Source: a virus
Taxonomy: Duplodnaviria > Caudoviricetes
DNA length: 64,000 bases
IMG/VR virus record: IMGVR_UViG_2630968905_000003
Span: 1-64,000 of that record
Strand: one strand, 5' to 3'
Positions within the stretch are counted from its first letter, which is position 1, and each line of letters starts with the position of its first letter. Below, one piece after another: positions 56,441 through 64,000 of the stretch. The notes below the pieces were generated by a model that searched no databases, was not told where the DNA came from, and was given only the letters and a program-made list of their open reading frames with translations. The position numbers and the translations under genes are program-made.

Positions 56441-57379
56441 TCACGCTCCGATAAGCTTCTGCTGATACCAAACGGGCATGTCGGTATCGTTGAGTTCTTC
56501 AAGTGGTGTGGATGGAACCCATGCCGTGTCTGTACCGAACTCGCCCATGAAGCGGCGATAGTTCTCAATGGCTTGCGCTATGCGTTCTGATGCGCGATCA
56601 AACAGAGGGTTCCCCGGTGACAGCATGATACCGTGGGATATCGGAGCGCCCTTTTTCTGCCAGAACACGAATACAAAGGCGAAAACCGGGTTGCTGACTA
56701 CCTTGGACAGCCAGTCTTCTTGACCTTTCGGCAGACCGAAAACCTTACCGGCGCGGAATAGGCCCTTCATCTGGCGGCGACCGTCCGAATAGTGACCGGC
56801 TGATACGATGTAGTCATAGCTCGCCATTGCATCGCGACAGGCTTGCTTGAACTCTTTATCGCTTCGGTTCTCGATGGACTTGAGATCGACAATCGAATTG
56901 ATCTGGAGGTAATCGAAGCGAGCCTTGAAGCGCAGCCCGTTTACCGTCCAGAAAACCGACACTTCCGGCTGTCCGCCTTCAAATGCTCGTGCCAGCGTCC
57001 TGTTCGCCTTGATGAATGCCGATGCAGCAAGGATTTTCGAATAGTCCTTGAACTTCACTGGCACTTTACCGGCGGCGATAATCGCGGCGATTTCATCTTT
57101 CCCGGCCTTAATGTTCCCTGGGTTCACATATGCGGCGTGGTTATCCTTGAACTTCTCCACGCCTTCGAGAACGCACATATGAAGCTGGCGACCGAATATC
57201 TTTGCCGGTGTGTCGTCATCATCGTCACGTGCCGGGTTCATCGGGCTATCCCACCAGAAATCCGGTGCGTTACCGATAAGCTTCTTCAGGCCGGTTGATC
57301 CTAAAGCCGGATCAGCATGATAATCGGTGTCGGAAAGGCCGAACCAAATTCCATCTTGATGCTGCAAGGTGTCAGTCAC
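56441..57379 (-). CDS. RecE/exonuclease VIII-like PD-(D/E)XK nuclease (DUF3799)
   Basis: YHA...LGSTGLK, G...H..VLE, EVSVFW....KARFD...IVDLK. Confidence 0.85.
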   Translation of the reverse strand: MTDTLQHQDGIWFGLSDTDYHADPALGSTGLKKLIGNAPDFWWDSPMNPARDDDDDTPAKIFGRQLHMCVLEGVEKFKDNHAAYVNPGNIKAGKDEIAAIIAAGKVPVKFKDYSKILAASAFIKANRTLARAFEGGQPEVSVFWTVNGLRFKARFDYLQINSIVDLKSIENRSDKEFKQACRDAMASYDYIVSAGHYSDGRRQMKGLFRAGKVFGLPKGQEDWLSKVVSNPVFAFVFVFWQKKGAPISHGIMLSPGNPLFDRASERIAQAIENYRRFMGEFGTDTAWVPSTPLEELNDTDMPVWYQQKLIGA

Positions 57380-57584
57380 GATCACCTCCACGCTTCAAAA
57401 CCCGCATAAACCGCTTGAGCAAGGACTGTTGTGCACTCCCGTGCGCGGTCTGGATTTTGCGAAGCTGCTTGTTGACGATCTTTTCGCAGTCGGAGCAGAT
57501 ATCGCGGATATCGTCAGTCCGGTAGATTTCTCGGACTTCGTTGACGTAAGCCGAATGCTCATTGCAGATGTCGCACCTAGGCAT
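57372..57584 (-). CDS. Small Zn-binding protein
   Basis: CDIC/CSDC pairs; GGAGG SD. Confidence 0.65.
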   Translation of the reverse strand: MPRCDICNEHSAYVNEVREIYRTDDIRDICSDCEKIVNKQLRKIQTAHGSAQQSLLKRFMRVLKRGGDRD

Positions 57585-57891
57585 CGTTGCCTCCACGGGC
57601 CGCGATCATGGCATCAGCCATCGTGTAAGCCCATCCGGCAAACACATCCTCGGCGTTCTTCATGCCTTTTTTCATGCCATCATCTAGTATGAGAGTGGCG
57701 ACCTCATTCTTGCTGAACACGATATCAAGGGCCTGTGATGCGAACCCATCGCGCAATGTCTTCTCTGGCGTGAAGTTGGCTATTCTGGCGATAATCTCAG
57801 CGTTCATGCTGCGACCATTCTCGATTGCGGCGGCGGCAATCTGGTCTCTAACATCGTCGGGTAGGCGTAGCGTTATTCTGACTTCTGACAC
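57577..57891 (-). CDS. Arc-like ribbon-helix-helix DNA-binding protein
   Basis: LRLPDDVRDQI..AA..NGRSMNAEII. Confidence 0.85.
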   Translation of the reverse strand: MSEVRITLRLPDDVRDQIAAAAIENGRSMNAEIIARIANFTPEKTLRDGFASQALDIVFSKNEVATLILDDGMKKGMKNAEDVFAGWAYTMADAMIAARGGNDA

Positions 57892-57892
57892 A

Positions 57893-58069
57893 TCACTCTC
57901 CCGAAAAATCTGCCAGCCCGACTTCAAGAGCGCGGACGTATTCAGCGTCTATCGCTGCCCAAAGCTTGGCGGCTGTGTCGATAACTGGCTGGGTAAACCG
58001 TGGGCGCTTCTCATCGCCCTTGACTGACTGGCGGCGCACATAGCCGCTTACTTGGAGGAGGGCGGTCAT
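57893..58069 (-). CDS. Small hypothetical protein
   Basis: Manual translation MTALLQVSGY...DFSGE; ATGA-coupled. Confidence 0.55.
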   Translation of the reverse strand: MTALLQVSGYVRRQSVKGDEKRPRFTQPVIDTAAKLWAAIDAEYVRALEVGLADFSGE

Positions 58070-58362
58070 TTTGGCTCTTCTCCGTAGAGTACGCTCAACG
58101 GATGCGGCATATATTCAACAGGATCGACCGGGCTTTCGCCTTCCAAGTCCCACCAGTATCCCGCCTTATGATCCGACCAAGTGGCCTCGTAAACGCGACC
58201 GTCTGCATCTCGCACCCAATAGTGATCCGAATTGCGGAGCATCATCGACTTGTCGTCGCCAAGATCGAAAGTCTCTTCGAAAGTGATCGACTTGTCGGCC
58301 TCGGAAATCGGACGCCAGAACGCCTCCAGCAGACCGAGCAATGAAATTATATCGCTATCCAT
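58066..58362 (-). CDS. Stand-alone DUF551-like protein
   Basis: 67/76 aa identical to the C-terminal domain of 46432-47160. Confidence 0.75.
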   Translation of the reverse strand: MDSDIISLLGLLEAFWRPISEADKSITFEETFDLGDDKSMMLRNSDHYWVRDADGRVYEATWSDHKAGYWWDLEGESPVDPVEYMPHPLSVLYGEEPK

Positions 58363-58673
58363 ACCCAGCCTCACACTTTCTCGGCCAGATACCCGGCCCA
58401 TACTGCAAACGTTGCGATGAAGGTTGAAACGGCGATGAAGCTAAGAGCGTCTTCGATAAGGTCTTTCACGGCCTCGTCCTCTTGCTCTGGCACAGCGCGA
58501 TAAAAGCGACGATCAGTGCCATGGTGATTAGGTGATCGAATGGGGAGAGGGTCATGATTTTGACCTCACCATCAGGTGGCAAACCCAGAGAACGACGATC
58601 CAGCCGGTCTCGATGAATTGTCTGCCCACTTCGTGCTCGTAAATTCCATTGGCCATCAGGGCGATGAGAAGGG

Positions 58674-58967
58674 TCATGCTTCACCTCGCGCTTTGGCGAG
58701 GGCGGCAATGCCTTCAATGAAATCAGTGTCATCAATCATGGCACCGTTATCCCCAGCGAGTTTTCGAAGATGTTTGATTTCCTCAATCGCTGTCTCTAGA
58801 GCCTCGTAAAGCTCTGGCGCTGCGGCGATCAGGTGGGCGTTGGCATCAATCACGCCATAGCTATTTTCATCACCACAGATGAAGAACTGGCCTGCCGTGA
58901 CAGTCACGCGTCCACTTGGCATTTCCTCAACAGCCCACGGCCCCGGAGTGTACTTCGTCTCAGTCAT
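58674..58967 (-). CDS. Hypothetical phage protein
   Basis: TPGPW and ANAHLIAAAPELYEAL motifs. Confidence 0.8.
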   Translation of the reverse strand: MTETKYTPGPWAVEEMPSGRVTVTAGQFFICGDENSYGVIDANAHLIAAAPELYEALETAIEEIKHLRKLAGDNGAMIDDTDFIEGIAALAKARGEA

Positions 58968-59227
58968 TTCACCCTCCGCTGGCACACAACTTCCGTGGTC
59001 ATCAACCGAAGAGCTTCATCAGGCCCGGTCTGGTAGGGCCGGAAGATCAATTCAAAGGCGTGGTTCACGATGCCCTTGCCAACGAACTCACAATCCTCAC
59101 GGTCCCAGAATGGCCCGATCTGCTCGACTACCCGGTTTTCAATCAGGACAAATCCGACATGTGGATCGTGCTGTCTGGTGGCTGGTACGACGGACAGTGC
59201 CGTGGAAATCATCAGTGCAGAGAACAT
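58964..59227 (-). CDS. Hypothetical protein, possible signal peptide
   Basis: Hydrophobic N-terminus; coupled at both ends. Confidence 0.55.
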   Translation of the reverse strand: MFSALMISTALSVVPATRQHDPHVGFVLIENRVVEQIGPFWDREDCEFVGKGIVNHAFELIFRPYQTGPDEALRLMTTEVVCQRRVK

Positions 59228-59568
59228 TAAGCCGCCCTCCAATTGACGTGCTCGTTAATCCGCGTTGTCGCCTCGTCGGTGAGGTCGAGGACATCTTCAA
59301 CGCGCTTGGTTCGGTAATTGGACCTTTGCAAATAATCCGGTCCCGGCAGGTCGCCGTAGCCAGCGTGAATGTCCATCACGCGCAGTTCGCTATCCGTGTT
59401 GATCTCAAGAAGCTGACCGAGGATGCGGAATATCTCTTTCCCGCTTTCGCCTTGATCCAACAGTGTCAGGCAACCGAGGGGAGGCATGTTCTGAACCCGG
59501 CAAACCAGAGCCTCTAAACGAGCTATCTCGTTCTTCAGAATGGCTTCGATTTCGGCTTTCGTGGACAT
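59227..59568 (-). CDS. Hypothetical protein
   Basis: GAGG SD; protein-like. Confidence 0.7.
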   Translation of the reverse strand: MSTKAEIEAILKNEIARLEALVCRVQNMPPLGCLTLLDQGESGKEIFRILGQLLEINTDSELRVMDIHAGYGDLPGPDYLQRSNYRTKRVEDVLDLTDEATTRINEHVNWRAA

Positions 59569-59624
59569 CGTGGTTTCCTCGGTAATCGGTGGGAAACCGC
59601 CCTTCCGGGCGGAAACCGGAAGGC

Positions 59625-59786
59625 TTAGGCGGCAGGGCGATCCTGCAACGTTGGCCGCGTATTGCGGACCCATACGCCGTTCCATTCCGGGTAACGGGCC
59701 TTAGCGATGACGAGGGCTTGAGGGGCGCTGTCTGCGCGGCATTCGTCCCAAGCGATCGAACCGTGAAAAATGGTGTAGGTGTTCAT
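59625..59786 (-). CDS. 53-aa first gene of PL operon
   Basis: GGAG SD, manual translation MNTYTIFHG...RPAA. Confidence 0.55.
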   Translation of the reverse strand: MNTYTIFHGSIAWDECRADSAPQALVIAKARYPEWNGVWVRNTRPTLQDRPAA

Positions 59787-59868
59787 TTCGGGTGTCTCCC
59801 AACTCGGAGGTTTCTCGCGGGACAGATCGGCGCGTTGGCTTCTTCGTGAACCGCTTTGATGACCTATC

Positions 59869-59942
59869 TATGCACTGCGCATAGGATCAAGTCAACACAA
59901 ATCTATGCGCAAAGCATAAAAAAGTTTGACGTCTATGCATAG
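59869..59942. promoter_or_regulatory. OL/PL region of prophage 2 plus divergent promoter
   Basis: TATGC-N5-GCATA at 59869-59883 and 59904-59918; leftward TTGACT 59890-59895; rightward TTGACG 59926-59931. Confidence 0.8.
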
Positions 59943-59959
59943 GTGGGATTAAGGATAGG

Positions 59960-60260
59960 GAAATCGAAGCAGCGACGAGGGTGCAATTCCCTTGCTGATG
60001 AAGCTGCAAGCGCGGGGGTCGTAAGTCCTACGGTGCTGTCAGAAACAGAGGACGGGTGGCCGAGAGGCGCTCTAGCGTGTGTCCCATTCCCGGCTCCGGC
60101 CTTCAGGACATGCTAAACGATCCCCCACCTCTGGGAAGGCTTTTGTCTTTCTGGGGGTAGGGGGGTCTTTAGCTGGAACCCTTCCCTCACCAACCTTCAG
60201 AACAAGAAATCAGAGATAAGAACTGAAACGTAAGACAGTATGCGTTGAGGAAAAACGCGA
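59960..60260 (+). ncRNA. Putative structured non-coding RNA of unrecognised family
   Basis: ORF-free; T-loop-like hairpin, GNRA hairpin, 28-bp hairpin (60112-60173) with six G.U pairs; upstream -35 box. Confidence 0.6.
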
Positions 60261-60313
60261 AACCAGCCCAAAGCGGCTTAGGAGTAAGTGATGTCAATAG
60301 CTGAAAACTTTAT

Positions 60314-60850
60314 TCAGATTTGCTTAGGTTTAGCGATCGGAGCTATGTTTGCCACTGGAATTGTCTTGCACTTGATGGTTCGACGTATGGCTTTGATAGA
60401 GCAGAGCATGACAGGTACACTCATGGCTTTAGTATCAGAATATCGGAGGACGATTGAGATATCCAACGATTTGCGCGGGGCCACCTCTGAGCCTATTTCA
60501 AGTAAGTTAGACCATCCATAATCACCAAGCGACAGCCATGCAGACATGTCAACGACAGCTATCTTTCGAGATCTATCCTTTGAACGTATACTGTCTAACA
60601 CAATTGGATAGTCTGTGTCGTTTTCAACGTGAAGAATAAATGTAAACCCGGCATCGCCCGCCGACTTCTGCTGAAGCCAAATCCTCGGCCAAATCGGCGG
60701 TGCACCCCTCCTGAATGCTGCGTAAGAAATACATAACGATGCTAGCGATGTAGCCATAGGTATCCAGCCTGGTATCTGCGCAAGTGCACCCCATGCATAA
60801 GCCAGAAATACTGAAGCTCTCTCCGCTAGAGTAAATTCATCCCCCATCAT
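60314..60850 (-). CDS. Membrane-anchored protein co-transcribed with cI
   Basis: N-terminal hydrophobic segments then beta-rich domain; lower GC; 13 bp after cI stop. Confidence 0.65.
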   Translation of the reverse strand: MMGDEFTLAERASVFLAYAWGALAQIPGWIPMATSLASLCISYAAFRRGAPPIWPRIWLQQKSAGDAGFTFILHVENDTDYPIVLDSIRSKDRSRKIAVVDMSAWLSLGDYGWSNLLEIGSEVAPRKSLDISIVLRYSDTKAMSVPVMLCSIKAIRRTIKCKTIPVANIAPIAKPKQI

Positions 60851-60863
60851 CTGCCCCGTATGT

Positions 60864-61568
60864 CTACGCCACGCCAGCCAGCGCGATAAAATGCACAGAA
60901 ACAACCTGGTCGTGATCGAAAGTCAGTTCTTTCGGCGGGTTGAACTGTGATAGGACAAGCTCTTCGGCGTTATGGCGGACGAAGCGCTTTACATAGGCGT
61001 GTGGCGGTTCGTGCTCATCAAACTGGATTTGGGCGACGACATAATCACCCTTCTTGACCCGGCGGCGCGGATCGACAAAGGCAACTTCGCCATCCTCATA
61101 GCGCGGAAACATGCTGTCACCGGATATCTGAACGCCATACGCGCCAGAGATTGCCGCGATTTGCGGCGGTGCCATCACCTCATACAGAATAGTACCGTTC
61201 ATCAGAAACTGCCCGTCGATCCCGCCAACTGCCTGACCATAGACAGGAACCATTACGCCAGCACCGGTTACTTTTTCGCCAATGGTGGCGTTTGGCTTTT
61301 CCGGTGGCAAAACGACTTTCGGGCGCGGTTGCGTTGATATGGCCACCGACGGAACCACGCTCGTCTTACCAGTAAGCAGCCAATCAGCGGAGACCTTGAA
61401 GCGTCTAGCGTACACTTCCAGTGCTTCAGTTGTTACGCCACGACTACCGTTTTCATGCCCGGCATAAGTCGGGTACGGTACATTTAACGCATTCGCAGCT
61501 TCCGCAGCGGATCGAAATCCGGCGTCCTTGCGGGCTTTTCTGAGACGATCGGCAATATTTTCCATCAT
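60864..61568 (-). CDS. CI-like repressor (XRE HTH + S24 peptidase), prophage 2
   Basis: RL..AR...GF.SAAEAA..L...YPTY..HENG; GDSMFPRY and VKRF motifs. Confidence 0.93.
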   Translation of the reverse strand: MMENIADRLRKARKDAGFRSAAEAANALNVPYPTYAGHENGSRGVTTEALEVYARRFKVSADWLLTGKTSVVPSVAISTQPRPKVVLPPEKPNATIGEKVTGAGVMVPVYGQAVGGIDGQFLMNGTILYEVMAPPQIAAISGAYGVQISGDSMFPRYEDGEVAFVDPRRRVKKGDYVVAQIQFDEHEPPHAYVKRFVRHNAEELVLSQFNPPKELTFDHDQVVSVHFIALAGVA

Positions 61569-61592
61569 GATTTGCTTTTTTGCATAATTTTC

Positions 61593-61636
61593 TATGCAGG
61601 GGGCATTGACATTCATCTATGCGCAGCGCATAGATT
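61593..61636 (+). promoter_or_regulatory. OR/PR of prophage 2
   Basis: Operators at 61593-61607 and 61618-61632; TTGACA 61606-61611. Confidence 0.8.
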
Positions 61637-61640
61637 ATGC

Positions 61641-61829
61641 ATGATTACGAGCAAGACCATTTCCGACCTACGAACCGCCCGCAAGTGGAGCCAGGAACGG
61701 CTCGCTGAAGAACTAGGCGTTGACCAAGCAACCGTCTCGCGGATGGAGCGGGGCGGACATATGAGCCAGACGGTAGCCAAGCTGCTTGAGCGGCTTCTTG
61801 CTGAAAAGCCAGCGGAGGATGCAGCGTGA
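61641..61829 (+). CDS. Cro-like repressor (prophage 2)
   Basis: WSQERLAEELGVDQATVSRMERG HTH. Confidence 0.88.
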   Translation: MITSKTISDLRTARKWSQERLAEELGVDQATVSRMERGGHMSQTVAKLLERLLAEKPAEDAA

Positions 61830-62899
61830 ACATCATGCCATTGCAGACAGATATTGAAGACTTCACACCGGCAACTGTTGATCTGTTTTCCTACTCGGTT
61901 CTGAGCCGTGAAGATGAAGTGGCCGCGAAAGAAGATGCGGCGATCATCAAGGCTCATATGAAGTCCGCCGCCGAAAGCATTATCGCAGTCGGCACAGCTC
62001 TCAAGCGTCAGAAAGAGCGCCTCCCGCACGGCATGTTCCTTCCGTGGATCGAAGCTGAATTCGGGATGAGTGAAGTAACTGCACGCAAAATGATGCGCGT
62101 ATGTGAAGTTTACGGAGACAAACCGAAACTTGATTTCGATTTGCCAGTATCTGCTCTGTATGAACTCGCTGCACCCTCGACGCCACAAGCTGTCCGTGAA
62201 TACGTCGAAGAACTTATCGTTGACGGACAAAAGGTCACTGCCGCCGATGTGAAGCGGCTCAAGGCGGAAGCTAAGGCTGCGGAAGAACTCGCTTCGCTGA
62301 AAACCAAGATGTCGGAACTGCAAAAGCAGTCTGACAGCAAGGACATCGACAACGCTGCTGAAATCCACAAGCTCCAACTTCAAATAGACGCTCTGGAGAA
62401 GGGTAAAGCGCTCGCAGTGAAGGATGCAGAGGAAGCGGAGAGGAAGGCTTCCAGCGCCGAAACTGAGCTGAATGATCGCATATCTATTGCTGTAAGTAAG
62501 GCAGTGAGTGAAGTCGAGGCTGGATACCGAGAAGAGGTTAATCGCCTCAAAGGCGAGATTGCTGACCTTCGAAGGCCAAAGCCCATCCCAGTAATTCAGG
62601 GCGACACAGCCCAGATAGTTCCGTTCGCACGTGATCTGACCGACGAAGAGAAGGCAGCAATCGACGCTGAAACGGATGAGTACGCGGGTGCCGATTTCAA
62701 CGCCACGGCATCGGATATCGACAAGGCCATAGCTTTCTTTGGTTGTGTTCGATCCATCGCGAGCATGAGTGCAAAGCCATCCGCCATCTACAGCTACATA
62801 GCTAAGGATCGTTCCAAGGAACATCTCGAAGAATACATGGCGATGATCGACGTGGCGTTTTCCCAACTTGAAGCAGTAAAGGAAATACACAATGGCTAA
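61826..62899 (+). CDS. DUF3102-like protein with coiled-coil C-terminus
   Basis: G..L...KE.LPHG.F..W...EF.MS...A...M motif; SALYELAAPSTP. Confidence 0.8.
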   Translation: MNIMPLQTDIEDFTPATVDLFSYSVLSREDEVAAKEDAAIIKAHMKSAAESIIAVGTALKRQKERLPHGMFLPWIEAEFGMSEVTARKMMRVCEVYGDKPKLDFDLPVSALYELAAPSTPQAVREYVEELIVDGQKVTAADVKRLKAEAKAAEELASLKTKMSELQKQSDSKDIDNAAEIHKLQLQIDALEKGKALAVKDAEEAERKASSAETELNDRISIAVSKAVSEVEAGYREEVNRLKGEIADLRRPKPIPVIQGDTAQIVPFARDLTDEEKAAIDAETDEYAGADFNATASDIDKAIAFFGCVRSIASMSAKPSAIYSYIAKDRSKEHLEEYMAMIDVAFSQLEAVKEIHNG

Positions 62900-63458
62900 T
62901 CGCATTGTGAGTGTGAAAGACTTCCGCGCCGATTTCCGCAAAGAAGTTCTATCAATCTGCGACTTCTCTAATAAGAAGAATAAGAATGTTCTTGGCTCTG
63001 CTTCCAAGCAGATGACTATTGAGGTTGCCGTCAGTGTTATCGATGCACTGAAAGCTAAATTCCAGTCCGAAGGTAAGTCTTTGGACAAGGATATGATTGA
63101 ATTGCACACGCCACGCGGTGCACGTCGGTATGCATCCGAACAGCTTAACCAGATGGCTAAAGTGTCATTGGTTCGCGGCGCAAATGAAATCGAAACCCTT
63201 TGGCGCACTTTCGGAGACCTCATTGTCGTTGGCCGGAAAGGCCGTGGAAATGTCTATGTCGCCAAGAACGGCGCTACTGACATGGAATTTACGTCAGTTA
63301 TTGAACTTCGCACCGGCAAGTTGAGTGCTCGGATTAAGACGAACGAAGAACTCACTAACGAAATATCGCGCTGCAAGCGAGCGCTAGTAGGTCGCCACCT
63401 TGGAGAAGCTTATGCGGAAACCTGCACTGAGTATTTCCAAAGCCTTGAAGCAGCTTAA
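62892..63458 (+). CDS. Hypothetical protein
   Basis: AAGGA SD, overlaps upstream stop; lower GC. Confidence 0.7.
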   Translation: MANRIVSVKDFRADFRKEVLSICDFSNKKNKNVLGSASKQMTIEVAVSVIDALKAKFQSEGKSLDKDMIELHTPRGARRYASEQLNQMAKVSLVRGANEIETLWRTFGDLIVVGRKGRGNVYVAKNGATDMEFTSVIELRTGKLSARIKTNEELTNEISRCKRALVGRHLGEAYAETCTEYFQSLEAA

Positions 63459-63794
63459 CCCATTGCCTGCTGGGGACACCTCGCCCCCGCCTGTTACTCG
63501 GTAGGTAATAAGCCCGGAGATTTGATCTCCCTGACGGGTCTCCGGGCAACCCATTTCACAAAGGACAAGACCTATGAACATCACCGGAAAGGATCGAAAG
63601 GATCGCGTGCCGCCAAGCTGTTCCCCTTCGGCTTTCGTGGTGAGTTTTCAGGCCAAGTCCAGAGATGCAACTGAACGCCAGTATCGGTTTTCCAAGCCTT
63701 ATTTGTCGTCTGTTTCATCTTCATCACTTCAGTTCCTCTATCAACCAGACAACGGAACGTCGCCTGCTACGTCCAATTATGTAGCAGGAGACCC

Positions 63795-64000
63795 ATGTCC
63801 ATGTCTGACACCAGACGTGTCGAAATCGACACCAAGCATGTCAAATCTGACACCAGTAAATGGAGCGTTTCAGTAATGCGCGCGCTTGCAGATACCCACG
63901 GTATGGCAACAAACGAACGGGCCGGGTTCTGGCTTGAGAAGCTTATGCAGGCCAATCACCGAGGACCGACCGACACTTGGACGGCAGCAAGGGACCGCGT
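63795..64000 (+). CDS. CII-position regulatory protein, truncated by window edge
   Basis: GGAG SD; open frame MSMSDTRR...HRGPTDTWTAARDR. Confidence 0.6.
   Translation, partial: MSMSDTRRVEIDTKHVKSDTSKWSVSVMRALADTHGMATNERAGFWLEKLMQANHRGPTDTWTAARDR

Larger units (their letters stand above)
48970..64000. mobile_element. Prophage 2 (lambdoid early/immunity region); continues beyond window
   Basis: Second integrase/xis, RecE/RecT-like genes, HNHs, cI/cro with its own operator set. Confidence 0.92.

Noticed and set aside
59995-60046. Hammerhead ribozyme (CTGATGA ... GAAAC)
   Set aside because: Bases flanking the putative stem II do not pair, and stems I/III with a cleavage triplet could not be built
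59960-60260. Retron msr/msd or DGR template
   Set aside because: No reverse transcriptase in the window and no TR/VR pair differing at adenines
60288-60521. 77-aa plus-strand membrane ORF after the ncRNA
   Set aside because: Has an AGGAG SD but lies almost wholly antisense within the 60314-60850 gene; it cannot be supported, though it is not fully excluded
61613-63223. 536-aa minus-strand ORF
   Set aside because: Antisense to cro and two well-formed genes, crosses the OR operators, and has no motifs; probably a shadow ORF despite its length

Overview
The window is almost entirely two tandem temperate prophages, probably in an alphaproteobacterial (Rhizobiaceae-like) host; the host assignment is inferred from ~60% GC and the gene families. 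They meet at a 47-bp 3' fragment of tRNA-Pro(CGG) (48970-49016) with their tyrosine integrases pointing toward each other. Prophage 1 (1-49016, left end outside the window) looks nearly complete. It has a lysis cassette, a P2-like contractile tail, a lambda-like head and terminase, a Q-like late regulator, an iteron/IHF origin and a P4-type primase and helicase. It also has a DNA-modification cluster (PAPS-reductase-family gene, a repeat-containing C5 methyltransferase and an N4/N6 methyltransferase), an antisense hicAB moron, a cro/cI switch and an early operon with SSB, beta clamp, ASCH, DUF5131 and WYL genes. Prophage 2 (48970 to the end) shows int/xis, HNH genes, a Lar-like gene, RecE/RecT-like genes and its cI/cro immunity region. 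The most striking unexplained features are (i) a ~300-nt highly structured putative ncRNA in the prophage 2 immunity region, whose 28-bp hairpin has G.U pairs that point to the + strand, and (ii) short near-identical DNA linkers shared by both prophages that bracket interchangeable protein domains. All product calls come from motif recognition by eye; no database searches were run.
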